From: Rhodosorus marinus CCMP1338
Lineage: Eukaryota > Plantae > Rhodophyta
DNA length: 64,000 nucleotides
Reading direction: 5' to 3'
Assembly (NCBI GenBank): GCA_029953675.1
Contig: JAMWBK010000003.1
Span: 1,550,001-1,614,000 of the forward strand
Position numbers and translations under genes: made by a program. Below the pieces are notes generated by a model. That model was not told where the DNA came from. It searched no databases and saw nothing but the letters and a program-made list of their open reading frames with translations. Shown here in pieces: positions 36,811 to 49,649 of the stretch. Positions within the stretch are counted from its first letter, which is position 1, and every line of letters starts with the position of its first letter.

Positions 36811-38306
36811 GTGAGTCTGACCAGGCAGGAATATGTGCACGGATGTGTTTTCTTGTTTCGAGAATTTAGCTTGATCCTCGTCTTCTGGATCGTTTCTCAT
36901 GGGTACCAGCTTGTCTTCACGGCTCTGTGGTCGTTCAAAACTCCAACATCACCGCATTGGTTTGGAACCCTGTTCGGGATCCAAACATTATCAAGGTGCT
37001 GCCCAGTTTGGGAGGCAGATTGTAATTCTAGTTCTGATATTTACTTGGAAACGAAAGCTTTTGCTTCTCCGGAGTGGATTGGATCTGAAGTGGGCAAAAA
37101 AATCTGGAATCAATTCATGCACACACTAACGGCTCTCGGTGTCCCGGAGGAGGGATCGAGGTTGGTTCATCTTTTTAGTATCGTCCGAAATAAATACGCT
37201 GGTTGCTCCACGTTTGCCCCGCTCTGCAAGTTATCGATAGTCGCGAAGTTGCGACGGAAAGCCTGGGCCCGCGCTTACGTGTCGGTTAGTGAATTGAGAT
37301 TGACCCGGAGAGCCAGTACTTTTGGCTTCCCACTGAGCTCATTGTGTCCCGCATGGTTTCGGCAGACTATGCACGCGCAAATCCAAAGAGACATGAACTG
37401 CTGATGAACTTTCCGCTAATCTATGCGAGTCAAGTTGACTTCGCAATGGTTGTACAATTCAGCCCGGAACGCCGGAACGGACCTGATCTCAAGAGCGTAG
37501 CTCTATCTGAGGTGTCCAGGGAACGTCCGGACATTGGTAGGATTTCGTGAGTGCGAGTACAAGGATAAGATTCGCAATGGTGTGTCCTTGGATAAATTGA
37601 GGGGATACACAGCCATCCGCACTGGTGCTTGGCATGAATTGTGACATCTCACAATCAGGGAAGTTGAAACTGCACGTTATGACCCAACCCGACCCACGTC
37701 CTACATCCACCCTGGGCAAATGCCAAAGAAGCTTCTAATCTGCTACCGCTGTTGCTAGGAGAGAACAACCTTTCTTATTATGTGACCTGTAATTGGGAAT
37801 GCCACGCCGTGCTCTCAATATTCTGTGTATTTTGAAACCGCGGGAACCACTGCATGGCTACATAAGCATCCTCAAACTTGACTTTTTCTTCTCAAGAGCC
37901 ATTTGTTTCGGTGTTAAGTCGGCTCCATGGTACAGTCTCTAGAACCTTAAACGAGTTGTGTTCTAAGCGCTGTAAAGCATCTCGAGCGCAAATGCTCTGG
38001 GCGACGGCCTCGCTGCTCAGCAATACTAGACTTGTGATGACGCAGGGAACCCGTTCCAGGCTCAGCTTGCACTTTCCGCTTGATAAATGGCTAGGTAGGG
38101 AAAAGCATGTGTGTTCAGCCATCACCATGGTGGACAGCGGTCTGCATGAACGTGTCTCTGCGATAACGCGCATTGATGATATGTACGAGACCATGGTTTC
38201 GCGAGTTCAACTCCAGCGCCGGTCGCTAGGTCGCTTAACTGACCACAGATGGACTCGAAGGATCGAGCAACCCCACAATCTCCCGCTGAGGTTGTTTCTA
38301 GAATAG
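36811..38306 (+). CDS. Probable spliced protein-coding gene, unrecognised
   Basis: Consecutive + strand ORFs of 197, 68 and 142 aa with protein-like composition, in an otherwise unexplained 2 kb. No motif recognised. Confidence 0.3.
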
Positions 38307-38630
38307 GTGATAGATCAGGAAGAACATCACGAGTTCCGAAAAACTATCATACTGTGCGTCGATGGATATCATGTCGGTTGGTCTTTGAGTCACAATTGTT
38401 CACCAGACACCGTAGGCAAGAGGTCAGCTTCCGGCACCCGAAGATGTCTCATGCGGGTCGCTCCAAATGCAGGGTATCACAGTCGGACGAACGAGTGAAA
38501 TTCTTTACTCAGCTCGTTTCATCCATAAATAGACCAGACTGAACGAGGACTCATCAGAAATGGGTGTACTCCGTGAAAGGGGTACAACCCTCTCCAGGTT
38601 CAATGCCATTTCTAGGGCTTCCGTAGAGTT

Positions 38631-39388
38631 CTATGATTCAAGCTTTCTCTTCGCAACTGCATCAGTCACATCTACGAGGCCGGTTGTCAGATCGTAAACG
38701 CATCCCACAACCCGTGCCTTGTCTGCCACGCTGGGATCAGCACGAAGGCCGTCAACGACGTTCGAAATGTTTTCTTTGACAAGAGCACCTACATCCTCGC
38801 CCGATTTATCGATAACCGACTTTGCCAGAGGAGCAGCAGTCTCCAAGTATCGCTTCAGAGGAGCCTGCATTCAGTGAATTATGAGATTACAGTAAACACA
38901 CCGGCGAACGTACGCCGGACGCAGCCGCTCAATTTAGACTAGTTACGTACCTCCTCAGGAAACTCGCCCTTTGCCGCTCCGATTGCAGCCTTCATGGCGC
39001 CGCAGGAACTATGTCCCAACACGACAACAAGTGGTGTGTTGAGATGGCACACAGCATACTGAACCGATCCCAGAATCGCGTCTGCATCCGCCCTATTTCC
39101 AGCTGTACGAACGACAAACAATTTTCCAAGACCCATCTGGAAGATGACCTCTGGCGGGACCCTCGAGTCAGAACAACAGACAACAACAGCAACCGGCCAC
39201 TGCCCCTTCTCAAGAGCCTTGCGTGCATCCACTCCAGACTCAACCGTAGCCATCTTCGCATCAAGCAGCTTCCCCTCTGCAAATATCTTGTTCCTCTCCA
39301 GAAGCTGATCCAGAGTATCAAGCTTCTCATTAAAAGCAGGGAAAGCTTCCATCACCGTTTCCTTCACACTCACATCCAACGACCCCAT
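38631..39388 (-). CDS. Beta-carbonic anhydrase, single domain; 2 exons
   Basis: Zn ligands in CCSDSRVPPEVIF and GHSSCGAM, plus LFVVRTAGN, GSVQYAV and VGCVYDLTTGLV. Intron 38865-38950 is in frame. Confidence 0.95.
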
Positions 39389-41751
39389 AGCTCCTCTCAC
39401 AAAACAAAGATCAACTCCACAACCCAAAACCCAAAAATCAATCTATCCGACTCCGTTCCAGTAGATTGATCCTTTACACAGCTCTTATGTCAAAAGAAAA
39501 GAATACGGCTACCATGTACCTCCCACCTCCACCTCCCAACCTCCACCTCCCAACCTCCCCACCCATCGCTCACATCCCCACCATCCTTAACAACTAAACC
39601 AAATCCTTTCCCAAGCTGACGCAACCACTCACGTCACTCCTATTGAAAAAACGACTATTTACCCCTAATAGTCTATTCTTAATCTTCGATAATCCATCAA
39701 ATAAAATTCAATAAACATAATTTTCAGAACTTAATAAATTGATAATCTACCCCTTATCATTCTATTTCCAATAGCAACATTTTCACGACCGCATTTTATT
39801 CAATTTAACGGGCATATACTTTTTTGTTTTAAAAATCAACGTTTTCGCTCTTATTTTATTTCGTGGTATTTTTGGAAAATATGATTTTGGATATTTTTCG
39901 ATTTGACACCTGTCCTATATATGCAATGGTCCTTGGGTTTGGTATATGTGGAGTGTCAATTGGTTGAGCGCGTGGGAGGGATAGTAGTAGGTTTGTTGAC
40001 GTCGATAGCTGTTCGCTGCCTGGCTGGAAAGTTGTTGGGATATCCCCCCTACCGGACGTCGTTGTCAAAGGCCCCAGACTAAACCTTCATGTGTCAGGGC
40101 CTTCTACGCCCGGCTTGCAATTGTGTAGCCGACGATTGCAAAGAGGTATGAGGCAGTATTCGTCCAGCTGATCGAGTTGGGGCCAATTTATTCCAGTTCG
40201 GAGGATCTCGCTCCTAGATTCCCCGTTGGGCGTGGTACCAGGATACTGCTCAATTGCGACGCGCCGTGGTGGGACTGATACGCAAGGGGAACAACCGCCA
40301 TGCATTGCAGACTATCCTCTATATATGCTTGCAACGACCACCAAGCAGGTTTTGAGTGTGGAGTGGCGTGGTCAGTATTATGTAGTGAGTTCGCTTCGCC
40401 TGATCTTGGAGCTCTTGGCGTGCTAAAATGAATGTAAGCCTTTTAGGTTGTGCTCTTCCTTCAAAAAACCTCCCCGCAGTTGGTGGGTGATACCTTGGTT
40501 TTAGAACCGCAACCTACGTAGTCGGCCTAGTCCAAGATTGAAGACCAGAATGATGATCAGCCGCGAACGCCAAGTACAGAAAAGCTGCCTTTTGGTGTCC
40601 GTGACAATGTGTCTATGGGTTTTCGGGCCTTGTAGGAATGAGACATTTGACAACCTGTTCAATTCGCATGCTGTCTGTGACGTTTGTGTGCAGTATTTAT
40701 GGGTTTTTTCTGTGCATGCGCAGACAGTTCACGCAATGACAGCGTCTCTGCGTTTGGTAGGCTCCTGGTAACCCCGAGATCAACCCGACCTGTGCGGGAA
40801 CTAGCAGTCGAGGCTACGCATAGTGAGTACATGGCTAGATGTGGAAATCCGAGTTATGGAATTCCCCTGAACTCAGCTCCAGAGTAAACGAATGCTCACA
40901 TATTTACAGCTTCCTTACGTAGGTCCGTTTTTTAGTTGTTCTTATCACCACCCTCTGTCGCCGCTACTGGAAGTACTCGTTAGGGAAGCAAATAGCAGAT
41001 ATTCAGTCACCACAGTAAGTTCAATCAATGTTTAGATGAAATTATGCTATTAAATTTCAATCGTATTCGAATTGCTTGGGTTCGACAGTCTGTCCAAGCT
41101 TGTGGGCGCTGAACGCCTCGTTGTGGATCTGAATTGTGCCGAAATCACAGCTTGACTAGAACGTGAGAAATCTATCAATATCCAGTGGCTCAATCGCATC
41201 TCCTCGAACCCTCATGAAGGATAGCCGCGTAAAGCAGAGGCTCACACAAACCTCCTCCGACTTTGATAAAAAAAGAAACAGATTCCGTATATTTTCCGTG
41301 GATTTCTCCGCTCGGTTTTTCTAGATCGACAGCTAGAGGCTCGGCAACTCAGAAAGCAAGCAGACTCCGATTCCATGGCAAAAGATGTTACGGTTTTGCT
41401 TTGTTTTCTTTTTCTCCCCAGCTGTGGGTAGCTATTCTCTATTCCCAACAGGCCGCCGAGGAGTAGCATAGTCCGTAAGAACGATCACAAACGACACGAA
41501 ACAGAACATTTCGGGATTTAGTCAGCCTCTCATAAACCTCATAAATCTATAAAGCTTTCGATCTACAGGCCTGTGCGAAAAGCAAACCTCTCAGAGCTCC
41601 ATCTCGGCCCTCCATTCCTATATCGCGCCAGAGTTGGCAACTGCTATTCGCCCATATCGCGGAAGACGAGAACTGGGATCGCGATTGGGGACGATCGGTT
41701 CTTCTGCTGGACCTGTTAATCTTCGTTCCTGCTAACTGTGTTATCAGAATA

Positions 41752-42825
41752 ATGTTGAAGGCCTGTACGAGGGCAGCTCGCTTGATTCGATTCAACGGAA
41801 GGGGATCAGCGTACGTTGGGCTCTGCACGAGCCGATCGGAAGTGCTGGGGAGTAATCTTTATGGACATAGAGGAATATGTGCGATGACGCCGCTTGCAGG
41901 TTTACGACCTCAGAGATTAGCCGATGCTCAGAATGCAAAGAGATTTAAGAAGTCGAAACATGGCAAGAGTAAACATCAAAAAGGTCAAAGCTATCATGAC
42001 GAGTCCACGAGCTTTGGATTTGAAGGAGAAGATGAAGAAGAGCCGGAAGAAGATGAAGACGAGGAGTGGGACCCTTCAGTCTATGAAGTGCAAATGGAAA
42101 GCGCGTTGAAAGCTCTAGAAAGAAGTTTTGGGGGTCTGCGTGCCTCTGGAGCGACACCGAGCGTTCTCGATAGTACGAAAGATGCCCGATTCTTCATCAT
42201 TGATAATTCGCTCGATCGAGTAGCAACCTCCTCGCTCACTTGACTACCATTCTGCTTGTCGCTTTGGTTTGTTCGTCTGCTGATCAAAACTGCCAGCCGT
42301 ACATGTATCGGCATATGAGAGCAGACTTCCGCTTAAACAGGTTGCACAAGTGATCGTTCGCGACGCCCGAATGCTTGAAGTACGATGCTTTGATCCAAGC
42401 ATTGAGAAGGAAGTCAAAACCGCAATTGAGGTGGCCAACCTAGGCTTGAATCCAGTTGCTGACGGCAAAGGAAAGTTGACAATCATCGTTCCCAAACCCA
42501 CACGGGAGACTCGAGAAAAGCTTAAGAAGGTGACGACCCGCTTTAAGCATGACCAAGCTGGACTGTAGGCTGTTTAGAAACTGAAGTCTCCCAATCCGTA
42601 TCGATTTTGCTCTCTAAGATCGCAACAGAAGAGGCTGAAGGTGCCAAGAACGCCATTAGGACCGTCAGAAGAAAAGCCATGGAAAAGCTGAAGAAGGAGA
42701 GTGAGGGCATGGCGAGGGCAGACATCAAGTCGATTGAAAAGGATATCCAAGAGCTATCTGAGTCATGGAATAAGAAGACCACCGAGGCGCTTCACGCGAA
42801 GATCAAGGATATTGATGTTATCTGA
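41752..42825 (+). CDS. Ribosome recycling factor, probably mitochondrial; 3 exons
   Basis: Arg-rich presequence, MESALKALERSFGGLRASGATPSVLD, V.AY....PLKQVAQV, FDPSIEKEVKTAIE..NLGLNP, IIVPKPTRETREKL and KNAIRTVRRKAME. Confidence 0.9.
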
Positions 42826-43677
42826 TATGTTCCAAATCGTACGTCGGGAATTCGATGTTGCCTGGGTGATGGATCGTTGTTCGGCGCTAGAAAACGGCTG
42901 CCCGCAGCAGCGCAAACTGATTTTCATCCGCATGTGCGACAGAGATTTTGGCTTGCCCTCAACCAAGCTGGGCATCCAGACGAGAATTGACGTCCGGCGG
43001 GGAGGATACCCAGACGACCTTCTTCCAATACATCAGACCAGAGGAGTTGTCTCGATAGAAGCATTTGCATGGACTAGTCGATAATCAGAGTAGCACGAAG
43101 CGTCCCTAGAAGAATTGAACCCATTGATTACCAGACTGCCACTACTGCTTTGAAAAAGAGAGTAGTCTTGTTTTTTTTGTCGTTGAAACGACAGTTCAGA
43201 TATGACCCACACAAGGCTCCTCATCTCTGATTCGCATGCTATGACAAAGAAGCGGAAGCACGCTCCTGCACTAGATGTCCACTTCAACTTCCATTGAGGG
43301 CGAACCGAGATCGATCGGGTCCTGACTACTTGAACAATTACGTTCCTCCGAGATCAAGAACCCCAGTATGGAAGGACTGGTCCGGGTGAACTTATCATCT
43401 TGAACCCAATCTCAATTCCAACTGCCGATGGCTTTGCCGGTGGCGACGAAAGCACATAGTAAGCTTCCAGATGATGTCTTGAAAGCGCAGATGAAAATTT
43501 TTTTTTTTTCTGCCCTGAGGATAGTCTTCTTTCGTCTTCACTAGGCAGAGAAAAATACGTTCATTCCAAGAATCGTCTTCTTCCGTATGAATCTGAGGTG
43601 CGAGCTTCGCCTTTGAGTAGGGAGCAAGGTCGGGAATGCGGTGACTAGGAGTTTTGAAGGCAAAGAACTGGATTGAG

Positions 43678-44172
43678 ATGGCTTTCGTATTGTGTTCTCC
43701 TGTTCTATTAGAGGCCAAATGGCATCGAAAAGCGCCTGTCTGTTCAGCTGGGAAAGGATTTGGTAAAGCTCCGCAATGTGGTTGTGGATTAGAGAAACCT
43801 TATCAGGAGTGCTGCGGAGCGATTCATGAGAGGAGGAGAAAGGCTGAGTTTGCGAAAGAGTTGATGAGAGCTCGATATTCTGCTTACCAGAAAGCGCTCG
43901 TGGGGTTCATCATGGATACGACCACTGGTGTGAGTGAATCTGAGGATAGCGAGAAGTGGAGAGCAGCATTGTCTGCATATGTCCAGGCCACCAAATTCAA
44001 GGGCTTGAAAGTTATGAAGTCAGAGAAGGGAGCCCCTGGTGACGATGAGGGATACGTCACTTTTAGCGTTAAGACGAATTCAGGGTCGTACACGGAACGC
44101 TCTCGATTCGTACCGGATGAGGAATTTGGATGGAAGTACGTAAGAGAACCTGAGGATTCTACAACACAATGA
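43678..44172 (+). CDS. SEC-C motif / YchJ-like (UPF0225) protein, plastid-targeted, intronless
   Basis: MAFV start; CGCGLEKPYQECC (SEC-C-like); ELMRARYSAY; GYVTF; YTERSRF...WKY. Confidence 0.85.
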   Translation: MAFVLCSPVLLEAKWHRKAPVCSAGKGFGKAPQCGCGLEKPYQECCGAIHERRRKAEFAKELMRARYSAYQKALVGFIMDTTTGVSESEDSEKWRAALSAYVQATKFKGLKVMKSEKGAPGDDEGYVTFSVKTNSGSYTERSRFVPDEEFGWKYVREPEDSTTQ

Positions 44173-44797
44173 AATCAAAGAGAACATCACTGTGAAACTG
44201 TTCAACACATGATCAACGTCGCTCCCAACCGAAAAGTAGAATCACGTCCTCCATCGGCGGCCCTTAAGTCCACATCGAAAGCGCGGCCAGCACGCCGTCG
44301 ATATGGCAGTCAACCCAAGCGTGCTGAGGATTTCTTGACCGCTCTAGCTTGTGAAGATGCGCAAGTCGATGAGAAAACTTAAACATCGATGGTCCTGGAC
44401 AATCACCGAGCTAATCAGTTTACAACTGTATGAATCTCGACCATACTGTACAATCCATCTCGGTGACCTTAGCTGATCAACCGGAGTCTCTAATTGATAC
44501 ATACAGGTTAACCGATTCATCGAATAGTCACAGCATTCAGATTTATCCCCAGACGAACTCAACTGCTTGCTTGCGGGCAACCTCTGACTGACGCATTTCC
44601 CATATCCAGCAGAGACCATTTAGGCCTCCTGAAGCATCAAATAGATTATTTTCTGAGCTCTAGAGCAAGCATGCATCACCTTAATCATAGCAAACAGGTT
44701 ATCTCTGTGAATCGACAAGATCGTCTGATCGTCGTTGACAGCTGTACAAGTAAGACATAGGCATGCAGATTCGTTTCGTTTTGACCGCCTTATGCGC

Positions 44798-45270
44798 GTC
44801 AGACTAGTGGATCCTTGTCGATCTCAGTTATTATTTAAGCGATCACTGTTTTCTGAGTGCTAGTGAAAGTATTCATCGCCCGTTCACAGCAAGCACATCC
44901 CTAGCATCGACAAGGCCCACTGATCGCCGTTGAGGAAGACGTTCGCCTAAAGCAGGAACTAATCGAGCAGGCTTCAGCCAACTCTTTTGTACGGGTCAGA
45001 CCGATGGTTTGTGGTCGATCTCGGCTACTCTGAGTGATCCATAGATGTCGGCGAGGTATTCACAGCAAGCAGATTATCGCTGGAACAAAGCGGAATGAGC
45101 GCTGTTGATAGTATTCGCAGGACGTACCAACTAAGGCCTTACCGGCCCACATTCAGTTGACTTCTATGGGTCAGACGTGATTGATGTCGATCTCAGCTAG
45201 TCTCCGAGCGATCGAATACATCGGTTTCTGATTGCTCGTTGAAGTATTCACCGCGGGCTATCTCTGGAAC
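44798..45270. repeat. Degenerate 3-copy direct repeat (periods about 197 and 175 bp)
   Basis: Copies at 44798, 44995 and 45170 share GTCAGAC...GTCGATCTC(A/G)G(C/T)TA...AG(C/T)GATC...GTATTCA. Copies 1 and 3 share TTTCTGA.TGCT.GT..AAGTATTCA.CGC; copies 1 and 2 share TTCACAGCAAGCA. Confidence 0.75.
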
Positions 45271-45661
45271 CAACGAGATCGACTGATCCGGAGTGACAAT
45301 ATCGGACTGCAACGTACCTGCGGAAACCAAGCGAAGACCTAATCGACTAAGATTCGGTTTACTCTACTGACCTACTCAGAAGGGCTCAAAGGCCAACAGA
45401 CCTTCGTCGATCTCAAGAGGCTTTTGTGCGCCGCAACTGCCCGCCGGAGAAGATAAATCTGATTGAGCAGATGGAGTTGAAGTGTTGAGCATAAGCGATC
45501 TTTCCGGTAAGAGCTTCACTAGGATTCCTCTTCTGGAGGAAGAGACTTGTGCTGTCTGAGAACTTTGTCTTATCGTTTCGGGGCGACTTCTCTCTTTCTT
45601 TGAAGGCGGCCGGTTGGAGGGGAGTTTTCCCTTATCCGAAGGGCTTGGGAAGGGGGGGGGG

Positions 45662-46461
45662 ATGATTCTTCGGAGGGCATGTTTTGTACCCGCAAGCTTG
45701 TTCCAGGTGAGCGCGGGGCGCGGACGAAAATCGCTGACGAGGTTGTACAGTTCAGACTCGCCAGATTTCTCAGAAAAATTTTCGATTATGGATGAGAGAG
45801 TCAGCTTCCAGAGATACCAGACCGTCTACGAGAGGCTTATTCGATACCCGAACGGCAAGAGGGTGTCGTTTGATGTATTTGGCAATCCTGGTTCGGATTT
45901 CAAATCGGTTTTCGTCTTTCCCTACGACACGAGGACGAAAACTGTAACGCTGCTGAGGGAGTACATTCCTGGGATTAATGCGGTGATGTGGGGATTCCCG
46001 GCAGGCGGATTCGATCCTAAGAAACATAAATCGTTGGAGGATGCAGCGAGGTCTGAACTGAGCGAGGAGGCTTTCCTGACTGGCGGATCGTACTTCCCGA
46101 TGCTTGATCCGGGTGGAGTTTCTCAGGTATGATCCCATGCCATTCCTGTTGAACAAAAATCCAATACGTTTGTTTGCAGATCTTTAACCGATGACCGTGG
46201 ATAAATAACTTGAAACAGGATAAATACTCCAAGAACATCTTTCACATGTTCCTGGTCCTTAACCCAGTCGAGGACGAGAACCCGTTGCCTCGTGACGAGG
46301 AAGAGTACATACAGATCGTCAAGGGAGTTACACTGGAACGTCTTCAGAAGATACTAGCCGGAGGTGGAATGAATCTGCCCTCAGGGTTCTGTGGATACCG
46401 CGCACTTGATGTCCTGTCCAATCCCACCCCAGAGCTTGCGAGCATGCTCTACGAACGCTAG
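45662..46461 (+). CDS. Nudix hydrolase (ADP-ribose pyrophosphatase-like), organelle-targeted; 2 exons
   Basis: LLREYIPG...WGFPAGGFDPKKHKSLEDAARSELSEEA (variant Nudix box), then an intron, then DKYSKN.F...PLPRDEEEYIQIV. Confidence 0.85.
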
Positions 46462-46505
46462 CAAAACATCGGGATGAAAGTTGCTGGATAGTTCGGAAAA
46501 CACAT

Positions 46506-48050
46506 TTATCCCGTTGAGCTTCGTGGGATTGGCACGGCCGGGGAAGATAAAATGAAGGGTCCCTTTGGTGAGGAGAATCGAAGAAGGTGCGTCACTAGCC
46601 GGAGTCCAAAGTAGCCGAAGCTCATGACCGCCCATACCGAGAAAAAGCTCTTCCCAACAAAGCAGAGCGTCAATATGCAGATCCCCGCCGATGATGATAC
46701 GGCCGCTGCGTTGTAGCGAAAGTCGGATGCCCCCAAAAATAGGGCGTCCAGCGTCCACACAGCGTATTGCAGGGGTAAAAACAAAAGAACCATGGGAAAG
46801 ACTTGATCTGACAGCTCAATAGTGGACGCTGTTCCCAACATCGGCTTCAACACGATGCTGTGCATTACGTGCCCAACGGGAATCAGCACACCTGCCAAGC
46901 CGACGGAGAGTAGAACGCTTCGCATCGCCACCCTTCTCGCCGTAGCCGTGTAGAGTTGCCCGTTCTTGTTCAACGTGCTCGCCACTGTAACTTGACCCGA
47001 GGTCGCAACGCATTCGTTTATGAAGGCCAGAACCACCCAAACGGATATTATCGCGTGGTGTGTCGCTGCCTGCACATCTCCAAGACGAGTCACCAGAGCC
47101 GTGCTGAAAAGCCAAATCCCATTGTTGCATGTTTGTCGAAGGATCATGGTCATGGACGAAGATCCCAGATCGCGCAGGGACTCGGCCACCAACGAGGAGT
47201 CAGTCTCCCTCGATTCCTTCGGTGTACTGGTGGCTTTGTCCATCCCAAGCTCGGCTCTTCTCGCGTACAGGGCGAAAGCCGCAATTCCAGCCGATGCCGC
47301 TTGAGAAATACTCGTGGCTACTGCTGCGCCACGGACCCCATCATCCATAACCAAGACCAGGAACGCATCCAGCACGATGTTGACGATTCCAGCGCCAAGG
47401 GACACCACAAAGACTGTTTTCGTGTCCTTCAAGGCGCGAAAAATACCCGCCGATACGAGGCTCAGGAAGTAGAAAGGTATGCCGAATGCTCGCCACCTCA
47501 TATACGCGATAGAGTGAGGCATAATCGTGGACGAAGCGCCGAGGGCACTCAGGATAGATTCAGTTGAGATTGAGAGATACAGGGTCAGACCAGCTCCCAC
47601 CACTAAGGCTGAGGCAGTCGCGGCGCGAATAACGGCCTTGGTATTCTCATGGTTGCCCACCGCAATTGACTTGCAGAGGATGACAGACGTTGCTGTTGTT
47701 AAAGCAGAATATGACAGGCCGGCTATGACAGAGAAGACTGAACTGCATGGTGCCAGGGAAGCGAGCTGAATAGACCCGAGCAACGAGACGAAAACAGTAT
47801 CCGCCAAGGCCAGCATGGGCTCCATAACTGAGCTACCAAGTGCTGGGATCGCCAATGCAAACAAATCCTTGTCAAAATGCCTGGAGAACATTGCCCCCAC
47901 TCCTCCCTTCCCAACCAACCGCACACCAGCCTTCCGAGGTTGAGGAACAGCACGCATACCTCTCAGTCGAGTCCGCTTCTGTGAAGCAGTCTTCGTACTG
48001 GTCCGAGGAGCGCCCCTCGTAGAGGCCATAACAGAAAAGTTCAGCATCAT
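46506..48050 (-). CDS. MATE efflux transporter, DinF-like subfamily, intronless
   Basis: 514-aa ORF with LAIPALGS...EPMLALADTVFVSLLG, YMRWRAFGIP, GIFRALKDTKT, NIVLDAFLV..M..GVRGAAVATSISQ and LDALFLGASDFRY; about 12 hydrophobic segments. Confidence 0.95.
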   Translation of the reverse strand: MMLNFSVMASTRGAPRTSTKTASQKRTRLRGMRAVPQPRKAGVRLVGKGGVGAMFSRHFDKDLFALAIPALGSSVMEPMLALADTVFVSLLGSIQLASLAPCSSVFSVIAGLSYSALTTATSVILCKSIAVGNHENTKAVIRAATASALVVGAGLTLYLSISTESILSALGASSTIMPHSIAYMRWRAFGIPFYFLSLVSAGIFRALKDTKTVFVVSLGAGIVNIVLDAFLVLVMDDGVRGAAVATSISQAASAGIAAFALYARRAELGMDKATSTPKESRETDSSLVAESLRDLGSSSMTMILRQTCNNGIWLFSTALVTRLGDVQAATHHAIISVWVVLAFINECVATSGQVTVASTLNKNGQLYTATARRVAMRSVLLSVGLAGVLIPVGHVMHSIVLKPMLGTASTIELSDQVFPMVLLFLPLQYAVWTLDALFLGASDFRYNAAAVSSSAGICILTLCFVGKSFFSVWAVMSFGYFGLRLVTHLLRFSSPKGPFILSSPAVPIPRSSTG

Positions 48051-49613
48051 TACGATCTAAATCGCCCCATACCACACCTCCAGTAACCAACTCACGCCAC
48101 CATCAGGAACCGATCCGTAACCAAAAACTCCTCACACAACGCCCTCCTGATAGTATATCACTGTGGATCACATTCGTTATCAAAGATCTCAGCTAAAAAC
48201 CAACAAAAAATACCTCCAAAATTAGTGCGATAAGCGAACCCCAACCCCCCTTCCTCCTCGCAGAGCTTGTAAACGCCACCAAATGCTTAGCGACATCGCT
48301 CTGAGCCCCGATTCTCGAGCTGAGGCGTCTCCCATCTGGATGTGTGACGTTCAGCGCTTACCCTGCAAAATAATATTAATTTTCAATTACATACATTCTC
48401 GAAATGAGAATGAATTTTGAGGGCAGACGATCTGGATCTTCTTTAAAATTACATTTTTCATGATCAGGGTTTTAGGGGTGACAGGTATAATACATTTTCA
48501 GTAAAACTTTTCCAGGAGGTTTTCACTGAATTTTAGCTCAGTTTGCAATTTTTAGAGTTAATATCGAGCAAAGGAAATTCTGAACAACACGTTTAGTTGT
48601 CATGTGCGCGTTTTCTGTGGTCTGTAGTCTATTTTCTCCAAAAACTTTCAACTCGATTTTTATCATCCAGACTTAATTGGCTGCGGGTTTGAACTGACAC
48701 TACGGTTTGAACTAATGAAATACTGATTGTGGAAGAGTGAGCGATGAGGAAACCAATTAATTCCCCTGCAGGATTGAGAGTAAACCAATAGGAGAGAATT
48801 GTTGTGCGATATTTTGATGAAATTCGGGGTGTTTAAATTTGGGGTGTTTTCATTGAGGTATTCAGCACCGATTTAAGGAGGCCCTGTCGAAATTTTGGCT
48901 GTGAACAGGTGAAGAATATGGTGATCGACTTTGTACTAGTCTAGTTCTAGTGTACGTACAGTACATCGACTGTAGTGCGTTCACGCCAATGGCACAAGCT
49001 CATATTTGTTTTTTCGCATTGGTTTGGGTGTAGTTTCTATTTTTCTGCAATGGCGACATTGGTTGGTGAAAACCTGGCAAACTCCCTGCCCGGTCAGAAG
49101 CAAAACCCGGACGCAGTGGACTGGTCAGATCTGTGCCGGGAATGAGTACGGAGCTGGTCCAGGCAAGACCCACAAATGGGTAGCCAGCCATGTAAGCTCT
49201 TTCCGACTGGACCAGAAAGTCTCGGGTATGATTCAGGGCAAACACGTATACTGCAACTGTTCGTACAGGACCAGGAAGACAAAGGCACTGTGCGGCAGAA
49301 GATGGAAACCTAAGAATACGCTTGTCCTGTACAATGGCAAGCTGCGCGGACCCTCTCGTCTTGTTCACCACTGGCCCTGGCTCCCGGCATTACGTGAAAA
49401 CCTGAGTTCTATATCGGCTTCTCTAAACCTCATGACAGGTAACTGAAGATAGCATATCTTTCCACGGGTTGGATTCAAACGTGGACCAATATTTGTGAGT
49501 TTAATTTATATTTTATAGATTCTAAAACACAAAAGTACGGGTGAAAGAAAGCAGCGAAGCTACATCATGACCCTTTAACTGTCACCTAGAAACAGTTCAA
49601 TTTCTATCTTGCC

Positions 49614-49615
<2 letters not shown>

Positions 49616-49647
<32 letters not shown>
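49616..49647. repeat. (AT)16 microsatellite
   Basis: Uninterrupted atatat... run. Confidence 0.95.

Positions 49648-49649
<2 letters not shown>

Noticed and set aside
46461-46506. Nudix and MATE stop codons only 44 bp apart
   Set aside because: Tight convergent pairs with overlapping UTRs are ordinary in compact algal genomes.
46956-47567. 203-aa and other + strand ORFs inside MATE (likewise 2063-2572, 12585-13007 and 39011-39469)
   Set aside because: These are antisense shadows of well-supported genes.
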